Assembly (NCBI GenBank): GCA_964526445.1
Contig: CAZGIY010000002.1
Location: 1 to 52,270, forward strand
Reading direction: 5' to 3'
DNA length: 52,270 nt
Source: an uncultured Candidatus Poseidoniales archaeon
GTDB lineage: Archaea > Thermoplasmatota > Poseidoniia > Poseidoniales > Poseidoniaceae
The position numbers and the translations under genes were made by a program. Each line of letters begins with the position of its first letter. Position 1 is the first letter of the stretch. Shown piece by piece: positions 33,072 to 40,186 of this stretch. Under the pieces are notes generated by a model, which ran no database searches, was not told where the DNA came from, and was given only the letters and a program-made list of their open reading frames with translations.

Positions 33072-33452
33072 CGATGCATGCTCGCACAATCTATCGATCA
33101 ATCGTCGAACTTCTATTCCCCAAGCAGTGATTAGGACCTCTACCCTCTTCCTATCCTCGGATAACTCTCCTTTTTCGAAACCAGGCATTGTAAGGTCTGA
33201 AGGTACCAAGGGAAGTACTTGATTAGACTCCATTTTGAGATGCACCCCGTCTTCAACACATTCTAGATTTATCTCATCTGGCAGTTCTCCTGCATGTCTA
33301 ATCATTGTAGCATACAATTCTTCTGAAGATTCGTTTCCATGTCCACCTTCTAGATGCTCGCTAGCCGCCTCACCATATGCAGAAAGGAAGGGTAGGTCCA
33401 CATCATTGTCATCAAGTAAATCGTCTAATCCCCGACCCAGTTTTCTTGCCAT
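33066..33452 (-). CDS. Small acidic protein with a ParB-like N-terminal 'LGRGLDDLL' peptide
   Basis: ATG at 33452 lies 8 nt after the upstream stop, giving 'MARKLGRGLDDLLDDNDVD...'. I recognise nothing else in it. Confidence 0.5.
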   Translation of the reverse strand: MARKLGRGLDDLLDDNDVDLPFLSAYGEAASEHLEGGHGNESSEELYATMIRHAGELPDEINLECVEDGVHLKMESNQVLPLVPSDLTMPGFEKGELSEDRKRVEVLITAWGIEVRRLIDRLCEHASL

Positions 33453-33460
33453 ATGAACCC

Positions 33461-35599
33461 TCAATCACTCGATCTTGTATGCGCCCATCCAATCATCTTC
33501 CCATCACTGGCATCAGCAAGGAATGAGAATGTATGGGACCAATCCCCTTCATCCCAGGTTCTAACTCCATCTACGGTGACTTTACCTGCCTCACTCAATG
33601 GCAAGAAGACAAATGCGTCCGGCAAATTCACTCCTGCTGTTACAACCAAGATTCCGATTTTCAAATTATCATGCCATTTTCCTGAAGATGCAGCAAGCCC
33701 ATTAGTTCCGCTCAGTTGTGGGAACTTACCTTCTTCTAGCCAACGCGACTCTTCCATCCAACGCAGGGAAACAGTTTCCGGAATGGCTTTGCGATTGTGT
33801 TCGGGTGCTTCATCCAATAAGCCAGAGTCGATGTAAGTACAATTTTCCTCGCTACCTCCCTGGCCGGCGACATCGACCATCAACCATCCACTTGCATCGT
33901 CGTCGGCCAACCAACTCATGTTCCATCGGGTCTTGTCTTGCGAGGATCGATCATCTCTTGCCCTCCATATGTACGCATCATGGTCTTGCAGGTTGACTTC
34001 TGCTTCATTTCCACCACCTGAAGTGTTTCCTATGCAAGATATGGCAATTTCCAAGGGTTGGTTGCGAATACTGGATAAATCGGGAGCATGCTTTTCGGCA
34101 GAGCCCCAATCTGCCATTTCAGATGAAGGGGGTCTGAGATTGGAAATGTCAGGCTTGGAATCGTAAGAATAACCCAAATCAACTAGATTTTCACCCCTTG
34201 AAAGACCCGTTCTTTCAATTGTCATCTTCATTTCCAGTCTACCATCGGGCATCGCGTAACCTCCTAAGATTCCTTCCCAAGTTCCACAATCACTGGAATC
34301 ATCACCGCTAATCAATAGGTCGATAGATTGTCTAATTGCCCATGGAGAGGATGGAACCGCCAAGATGTGTATAGTCGCGTGCCCTAGACATTTGTCTTCA
34401 ATGTCTTTGTTTCTGAATAGAATCTTCCAAGCAACTTCTTCCCCAACATCTTCACTTCCCGTGACTTGCCAAGACCAACCTGAAACATTTCCAGCCGCTT
34501 CTTCATTAATCATGGTGTTGCCAAGTACTTCATGCAATTGTAGAGGTGAGAAAATCATCGATGCTCCCAACCCAATCGAATCTAGAGAACCCAAGAATCC
34601 ATTCAGTCCAAATGTGGTAATGTCTCCTTGTAATTGCCCATCAGGATGCACTAGTTCATAGCCGAATTCAGAACGAATGCTGTTCTTACTACTCAATTCA
34701 ATCCATTCATTCCAATCTATTCCCATTCTAGCGCTGACAGAAGGCATTTCGATACACCCTAGTGTGCTGGAGACTTCACTTTGGGCGATATCAACATCGT
34801 CAAAATCGTAATTCAGGTTGCGTTCCATTGTTAACCAAGAGAATCCATTACCGCCAATCTGCTTGACTGAACCAAGACGATCATCATTCATTTCACCAGA
34901 TATATCTGACCTGTCACCTTCTGTAATTGAAACACTACCACTTCCCGAAAATTGCACGTTTAAGCCGCATATTTCATCATCAGAACCGAACCATTGGAAG
35001 ATTTGTGAAGCATAATCATCTGTTGCGACTAATTGCCCACCAGTAACGGCGAATCCCATTCTGTCCCCATGCCGTAAAGGGTCAGGAGTGAATGGTTCGG
35101 CATCTAGACTGAACCACCACCATGCTCCAGCGGCTAAGAGAATCAAGGTTACAGCCAAGGTAGCGCCCTTTTTCATGTCCAGAGATGAGGATTCAAATAT
35201 ACTCGCATATGCAGTTTCTACTTTGCTGTTTTCGATTTCATCATCTTTGACAACATCCGCTTCGATGACGTCTGCTTCGATGATTTCATCATCGATAACT
35301 TCAGCCACAAATACCTCTGCCTCTAAAACATCGTCTTCTTCGGGCTCATCTATACTGCCTTTGGATGCACCATCACTATCTGTAGAAATATTCTCATTTT
35401 CATCGAGAATCAATTCACCCTCCTCATCGACAATGATGTCGATTTCCTCTTCTAGTGGTTCAAGGCCTACTTCTTCTCTGCTGGCTCCATATTTGAGCAA
35501 GCGTTCTACCAGTTCCGCCTTCTTCCCAGATGAGGCTAATTCCTTGTCCTTACAAAGGGCTCTGAGGGCAACAACGGTCAATGCAGAGTCCGACGCCAT
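33461..35599 (-). CDS. Bitopic membrane protein: cytoplasmic SAP (or Rho_N)-like motif, acidic repeats, TM, ~550-aa ectodomain
   Basis: ATG at 35599 gives 'MASDSALTVVALRALCKDKELASSGKKAELVERLLKYG' (SAP pattern L-x-V-x-x-LR ... G-x-K-x-x-L-x-x-RL). An acidic region 'EADVIEADVVKDDEIE' follows, then the TM 'ATLAVTLILLAAGAWWWF'. Confidence 0.6.
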   Translation of the reverse strand: MASDSALTVVALRALCKDKELASSGKKAELVERLLKYGASREEVGLEPLEEEIDIIVDEEGELILDENENISTDSDGASKGSIDEPEEDDVLEAEVFVAEVIDDEIIEADVIEADVVKDDEIENSKVETAYASIFESSSLDMKKGATLAVTLILLAAGAWWWFSLDAEPFTPDPLRHGDRMGFAVTGGQLVATDDYASQIFQWFGSDDEICGLNVQFSGSGSVSITEGDRSDISGEMNDDRLGSVKQIGGNGFSWLTMERNLNYDFDDVDIAQSEVSSTLGCIEMPSVSARMGIDWNEWIELSSKNSIRSEFGYELVHPDGQLQGDITTFGLNGFLGSLDSIGLGASMIFSPLQLHEVLGNTMINEEAAGNVSGWSWQVTGSEDVGEEVAWKILFRNKDIEDKCLGHATIHILAVPSSPWAIRQSIDLLISGDDSSDCGTWEGILGGYAMPDGRLEMKMTIERTGLSRGENLVDLGYSYDSKPDISNLRPPSSEMADWGSAEKHAPDLSSIRNQPLEIAISCIGNTSGGGNEAEVNLQDHDAYIWRARDDRSSQDKTRWNMSWLADDDASGWLMVDVAGQGGSEENCTYIDSGLLDEAPEHNRKAIPETVSLRWMEESRWLEEGKFPQLSGTNGLAASSGKWHDNLKIGILVVTAGVNLPDAFVFLPLSEAGKVTVDGVRTWDEGDWSHTFSFLADASDGKMIGWAHTRSSD

Positions 35600-35699
35600 G
35601 TTATGACCTTGATAATCAGCCGCCACTTGGACCCTTTGAAGGCTCGCTTGAGAAGAGCATGAATCAAGGGTGTTGCATACCCTTCAACATAACACGGGC

Positions 35700-36791
35700 T
35701 CAACCGTTGAATGGCGTATAGGTTCCATCTACATTCTTGATGTAAGGTTGTGGGTCGAATGTGTTGTCTGCTTTGAGGATGTAGTGATATCCATCTCCAG
35801 ATTCAATGTAATTCAATGCTGCTGCAGGTGCTGTAGGTATGGGCGCAGCAGCATAGGGGCTTGCAGCCTGAGCAGGGGCAGCCGCGGGTCCAGGAGCAGA
35901 TGCAGGAGGTGGTGTTTGAGGGCCAGGAGCAGATGCAGGAGGTGGGCCAGCAGGCCCGGCACTGATTACCGCTTGATTCGTATCATGCATTACCGAATCT
36001 TCGATATTCATTGAACCTCTTCGAACAGAGGTTCTCTCTTTCAGGATCTTGCCTTTTCGCTGCGCCCCGATGAATGCGAATATTGCCCACAATAGCGAGA
36101 GGCCGCCTAAGCCACCTCCGATTTCTCTTAGGCCATATACTGACGCTGTCACTTTAAGCGAACCAAGTTCATGGCCAAAATCTTCGTATTCGACCAGAAG
36201 ACAGTATCCACCAGGGTCCAATCTGAATTCTAATTCATAAGTTTCTCCAGGTTTAGAACCTTCGATTAAAACGTGGTTATCTGAGTAAGATTCGTTTTTT
36301 GCAACTGCGGCCCCAAATTCCAACATTTCCACATTTATCTCATCTGTTCCACAATGCGCTTCAATTACATGTACAGAGAAATTTCCGCCGTCTTTTGGAA
36401 TCACTTCAAGCACCAGTCTGATATCGGTACTGTCTTTACCATCGATTGGCATTCCAAACAAGTATGGTAATTCGCGTTGCAATTCCCCTCCCGATACATC
36501 GTCGGTCAACTCGGTTTCATCATCCCAAGGTGCTGGAACGGGTAGTGGAATTAGTGCAAAAGAGAACATTATGGCCGCAATTCCAAGGTACATGAAGACA
36601 TTCCATCTTGCTTTTTTCACCTCAGTGCGCAATTCTTCGTTGCTCAATTCGTCTTTTGCTACTCTATCTGCTTGATTCATGGCTTCAGCGCCCGGAGGAG
36701 GCCCCGCCGGTCCTGCCATTTCGGGCCTTGCAGCAGGGGGTGGCCCGCCTGCTTCTCCAAGTTCATCGGTTGGACCCCATGCTGGTGGCAT
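35700..36791 (-). CDS. Two-TM membrane protein with Pro/Ala-rich cytoplasmic termini, unknown function
   Basis: The TMs are 'VFMYLGIAAIMFSFALIPL' and 'LGGLSLLWAIFAFIGA', flanking a ~170-aa loop. The C-terminus is 'GPAGPPPASAPGPQTPPPASAPGPAAAPA'. The start could be ATG 36791 or TTG 36821. Confidence 0.55.
   Translation of the reverse strand: MPPAWGPTDELGEAGGPPPAARPEMAGPAGPPPGAEAMNQADRVAKDELSNEELRTEVKKARWNVFMYLGIAAIMFSFALIPLPVPAPWDDETELTDDVSGGELQRELPYLFGMPIDGKDSTDIRLVLEVIPKDGGNFSVHVIEAHCGTDEINVEMLEFGAAVAKNESYSDNHVLIEGSKPGETYELEFRLDPGGYCLLVEYEDFGHELGSLKVTASVYGLREIGGGLGGLSLLWAIFAFIGAQRKGKILKERTSVRRGSMNIEDSVMHDTNQAVISAGPAGPPPASAPGPQTPPPASAPGPAAAPAQAASPYAAAPIPTAPAAALNYIESGDGYHYILKADNTFDPQPYIKNVDGTYTPFNG
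35890..35945. repeat. Perfect 23-nt direct repeat (CCAGGAGCAGATGCAGGAGGTGG) x2 with 33-nt spacing
   Basis: The copies lie at 35890-35912 and 35923-35945. On the minus strand they encode the duplicated 'PPPASAPGP'. Confidence 0.85.
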
Positions 36792-36901
36792 TAGCCTGCG
36801 GAGTACCGCCTTCGCCTTCAAAGGCGCGATTCCCTAATCTTGCTATTATTGGGATTTATTGGGTACTGAATTGAAATGGGAGGGGGTCGCGGGAATTAAC
36901 C

Positions 36902-38101
36902 ATGAGGTTAGCAATTCTTTCGCGCGGTCCGCGCTTGTATAGCACCCGCCGCCTTGTTGAGGAGGCAAGGAAAAGGAATTGCGACGTGGAAGTCTTGGAT
37001 CCATTGCAATTTTCTTTGATGATTGCCGAAGATAGTGTCCAGATTCTACACAAAGGCCGTCATTTTTCTCACGATGCTGTTCTACCCCGAATAGGCCATT
37101 CGATTACTGATCATGGAGTTGCTTTGATGCGTCAGTTCGAACAGTTAGGTATCTATACGGCTAATTCTAGTTCTGGAATCATCCAAAGTAGAGATAAATT
37201 GCGTGCTAGCCAAATATTGGCCAAGAACAAGATAGAAATTCCACGAACAGCATACGTCAGGGACCTCAGGGATGTTGAGAATGCTATCGATGACGTGGGG
37301 GGTTTACCGGTTGTCGTCAAGGTCACACAAGGTACACAAGGTAACGGCGTCTTTCTTAGACACACTTTGAGAGAAACACGACATCTTGTTGAAGCGTTGT
37401 TGTTGACAGGTAAAGCGGTACTTATTCAGGAATACATTGCTGAAAGTCATGGTGTAGATGTCAGGGCCTTAGTTGTAGGAGACAAGGTTGTTGCCAGCAT
37501 GCGTCGACGAAGTCGCGGTAGAGAGTTCCGTTCCAATTTTCACCTCAATGGAACTGTTGAACCCATCGAAATTCCACTTGAATATGAAGAAGTGGCCAAG
37601 CGTGCAGCAAGAGTTCTGGGTTTGAAAGTAGCGGGGGTAGATCTTCTGGAGGGCACTGACGGCCCATTGGTTTTAGAGGTGAATTCATCCCCTGGCTTGG
37701 AAGGGATAGAGAAGGCAAGCGGCATCAATGTTGCAGCACATATCATCGATTTCATCATTGATGACCACGATTTTACGGATATCGACATGGCGCAATTGAT
37801 GAGGACTCAACCCGGTCAAGGAGCATTATCATTACACTTGAGAAACCACATATCATTGATAGGTAGGATGATTGAAGAGATATTCCCTACAAGCATGAAA
37901 GATTCCATACCGGTGTTTGCATTATCTAGGGATAAGAAACTCCACTGGAACCCCGATCCGCAGACTCAACTTCGATATGATGATGTCATTATCTTCTACG
38001 GGCCTACCAAGGCTTTGCGGGCGGCTTTGAAGTCGGTCACTCGTGGAATCGGTGTCGGATTCTCCGGCGCCTCTCAAGGAACTAGCGATTCTTCTGTCTG
38101 A
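36902..38101 (+). CDS. rimK: RimK-type ATP-grasp alpha-L-glutamate ligase fused to a C-terminal RCK_C (TrkA-C)-like domain
   Basis: 'MRLAILSRGPRLYSTRRLVEEARKRN', 'PVVVKVTQGTQGNGV' and 'GVDLLEGTDGPLVLEVNSSPGLEGIE' fit RimK. The C-terminal 'LIGRMIEEIFPTSMKDSIPVFALSRDKKLHWNPDPQTQLRYDDVIIFYGPTKALRAAL' fits the TrkA-C pattern. Confidence 0.75.
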   Translation: MRLAILSRGPRLYSTRRLVEEARKRNCDVEVLDPLQFSLMIAEDSVQILHKGRHFSHDAVLPRIGHSITDHGVALMRQFEQLGIYTANSSSGIIQSRDKLRASQILAKNKIEIPRTAYVRDLRDVENAIDDVGGLPVVVKVTQGTQGNGVFLRHTLRETRHLVEALLLTGKAVLIQEYIAESHGVDVRALVVGDKVVASMRRRSRGREFRSNFHLNGTVEPIEIPLEYEEVAKRAARVLGLKVAGVDLLEGTDGPLVLEVNSSPGLEGIEKASGINVAAHIIDFIIDDHDFTDIDMAQLMRTQPGQGALSLHLRNHISLIGRMIEEIFPTSMKDSIPVFALSRDKKLHWNPDPQTQLRYDDVIIFYGPTKALRAALKSVTRGIGVGFSGASQGTSDSSV

Positions 38102-38260
38102 GTCAGACCAAAGGAACCGAAGTTCAGTCGATATGGCGATGTTTTGTCGAAGGCTTCATGATGTCACACCCCTAGTGGCCATTGCCCCCCCGGGGGTAGG
38201 GATGCACTCCGCTACGGCGGTCAAGGAGGCGTTAGCATACGCGATGAGGGACACAAGGAC

Positions 38261-39325
38261 TTGGCCAAGCGCCAAACTTTTCTTGATTCTCAGAAGGACA
38301 ATGGTTTGTCACCTACAGCCCCTTCACCTAACCTCCCCCAACGTCTTGCAAGGTTAGCTAATCTAGCGTGGTTGGGGTGTTGGAGACAACAATTGCAGGT
38401 CGAGGGAAAGAGTGAGAATACGCGTAAATCCTACCTCATTGGCGTCAGATCGTTAATCGAGACTCGATTACCTGGGGAAGATATCATGATTCGCGATGAG
38501 GCTGAGTCGATTTCTGTTGAACAATTGCATGTCCATATCGCTCCTCATTCTGGACGGCTGGATGTTTGGCAGCAGTCATTGAGTCACCTCAAACCATCTA
38601 CTGTACACGCTAGATTAGCTGCTGCAGGCCATATATTGCGTTGGCTCGGACATAGTATGCCGGAGCATATCAGCAGACCTCATCGTGGTCGAAGGTTACC
38701 GAGAACATTGAATCGCAGTGAGTTAGAGAGTGTGCGACGTGCCGCTGCAAATTGCGAGAACCCAGTTGCCAATGTAATTATCACGATATTGTTGGATACT
38801 GGAATAAGGGTTAGTGAACTTTGCAATATGGATGAATATGATCTCGATATAGAGGATAATAGCGCAAGGGTAGTTGGTGGTAAAGGGAACAAAGATAGAA
38901 TGGTGCTATTCACTGAACAGACTACTAGGGCACTGGAATTATGGAACCCGAGTCGTATTTCCCGTAACATCCACGAAGATAGCGCCTTGCTGATTAACAA
39001 CAGAGGGGGGCGTTTAACCCCGCGTTCTGTTCAGAAATTGATGAACGACATCGGTAAGTCCGCAGGATTACCCAGAGGTCGCTTGACCCCTCACGTACTG
39101 CGTCATAACTTCGCTACTGGTCTATTGGAGAGGGGTGCTGACCTAGTTTCGATTCAACGCCTATTGGGTCATGCCAACATTTCTACAACTCGGGTATATC
39201 TTGAGATTGGTGATCAGACTCTGAGGGAGGTCTACAAACGAGCGCAAATCCTCCGAGATGCATTAGAAGAACAGGAGCAACCAAGTGGAAGAGAATCAAT
39301 CACTCTTACGAACTCTCTTGACTGA
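38261..39325 (+). CDS. xerA: Tyrosine recombinase (XerA/XerCD-type)
   Basis: The catalytic set is 'DTGIRVSEL' (R), 'HVLRHNFAT' (H-x-x-R) and 'LLGHANISTTRVYLE' (H ... Y). The track start is TTG. The true start may lie further downstream. Confidence 0.8.
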   Translation: MAKRQTFLDSQKDNGLSPTAPSPNLPQRLARLANLAWLGCWRQQLQVEGKSENTRKSYLIGVRSLIETRLPGEDIMIRDEAESISVEQLHVHIAPHSGRLDVWQQSLSHLKPSTVHARLAAAGHILRWLGHSMPEHISRPHRGRRLPRTLNRSELESVRRAAANCENPVANVIITILLDTGIRVSELCNMDEYDLDIEDNSARVVGGKGNKDRMVLFTEQTTRALELWNPSRISRNIHEDSALLINNRGGRLTPRSVQKLMNDIGKSAGLPRGRLTPHVLRHNFATGLLERGADLVSIQRLLGHANISTTRVYLEIGDQTLREVYKRAQILRDALEEQEQPSGRESITLTNSLD

Positions 39326-39525
39326 CTTTTCAGGCCCATTCCAATCGCGTGAAGCAGCCACTTGATTTCCTTCGTGTCCTTCGATAGGACAGTATTTTCC
39401 ACTTCTACATCGAGAGCAATTACCCCTTGGAGGTATTTCAACGGCCTTCCTTAGACGGCCGTACTTCCTCCTAGGCATCGCCCGGTATTGGGCATCGTCG
39501 GTCCATGAAAGATTCGCGTGAAAAT

Positions 39526-40113
39526 TTACTTTTTCTTGAACCAAGGCATGTCTGAAACTTTCTTTGGGACGCTGATAGTACGACTTTTCTTGTCATCATC
39601 TTTTGCTTTGGGTTTTGGTTTCTTTCTTGCAGCGGGGTTTTTCTTTTTCGCTGCTTTACTCGGGGATTTCTTAGCACCGGATTTTGCCTTTGTTGTACTC
39701 GCTTTCGCCTTGCTTTGTTTCTTTGCTGATTTGCTTTTACCCTTCTTCGCACCAGTTTTGGCTTTGCTTTCTTTTGGAATTGCGGGTGTGGTTGTGGCAA
39801 TTGCCTTAGCCCTCTTTGTTGCCGCTGCTTTCTTTGCAGCAGTCTTTCTCTTTGCTGCAGCAGAGGCCCGTTTTTTCGCCGCCGCAGCTTTCTTTGCGGC
39901 CGCTTCAGCTTCAGCCTTCTTCTTCGCCGCCGCATTTCGCTTTCTAGTAGCCGCAGCCTTCTTTGCTGTAGCGGATCTTTTTGCTGCAGCGTCAGCCTCC
40001 GCTTTCTTCTTCGCCGCAGCATTGCGTTTTCGCGTTTCAGCAGCTTTTTTTGCCGCAGCCGATCTTGATTTACTGCCGCTCTTGTTTGAGGATGCCTTCT
40101 TCTTGGCCACCAT
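39526..40113 (-). CDS. Lys/Ala-rich highly basic protein (histone H1 / HC2 / AlgP-like low complexity)
   Basis: 'AAKKAAETRKRNAAAKKKAEADAAAKRSATAKKAAATRKRNAAAKKKAEAEAAAKK...'. Three overlapping frames are open. This one is chosen because it gives a coherent AKKA-type polypeptide with a non-repetitive C-terminus, 'ISVPKKVSDMPWFKKK'. Confidence 0.5.
   Translation of the reverse strand: MVAKKKASSNKSGSKSRSAAAKKAAETRKRNAAAKKKAEADAAAKRSATAKKAAATRKRNAAAKKKAEAEAAAKKAAAAKKRASAAAKRKTAAKKAAATKRAKAIATTTPAIPKESKAKTGAKKGKSKSAKKQSKAKASTTKAKSGAKKSPSKAAKKKNPAARKKPKPKAKDDDKKSRTISVPKKVSDMPWFKKK
39900..40075. repeat. Imperfect tandem duplication with an 87-nt (29-codon) period
   Basis: 'TTCTTCTTCGCCGC' recurs at 39917 and 40004. 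The protein repeat is 'TRKRNAAAKKKAEA(D/E)AAAK...'. Confidence 0.7.
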
Positions 40114-40186
40114 TCCACCTGAGCCCCCGTTGGGGGTTTAGGATTTCAATATGACCTAACGAATCAAATTCTAACACAATGATGAT

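Noticed and set aside
35088-35606. A 172-aa Ser-rich plus-strand ORF.
   Set aside because: It is the mirror of the acidic (Asp/Glu/Ile) repeat region of the SAP-motif membrane protein and shows no independent signal.
38185-38196. The C7G5 tract (CCCCCGGGGG palindrome) as a terminator or structured element.
   Set aside because: It has no loop and no flanking T-run. It may simply be a short self-complementary GC tract. It is mentioned only as part of the unassigned region upstream of xerA.
9846-39325. Possibility that tRNA-Leu and the tyrosine recombinase delimit an integrated element or provirus.
   Set aside because: They are ~28 kb apart with core genes (tuf, rps10, polB, rps8e, srp19) between them. 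The recombinase looks XerA-like. I found no duplicated tRNA 3' segment by eye, though an exhaustive repeat search was not possible.
39296-39544. A small basic minus-strand ORF containing 'CSRCRSGKYCPIEGH'. With the internal ATG at 39478 it would give a 60-aa product, possibly a zinc-finger mini-protein.
   Set aside because: It has only three Cys plus one His in an unfamiliar spacing. It overlaps the xerA 3' end by 30 nt and matches no ribosomal or zinc-ribbon family I recognise. The evidence is too weak to call.
39471-40141. Two further long ORFs over the Lys/Ala-rich locus: a minus-frame Arg/Gln/Leu-rich one (215 aa) and a plus-strand Phe/Ala-rich one (207 aa).
   Set aside because: The GC-rich GCN/AAG periodicity keeps three frames open. 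I preferred the AKKA-type frame, but this is a judgement call. It is flagged in the findings as needing codon-usage or proteomic confirmation.
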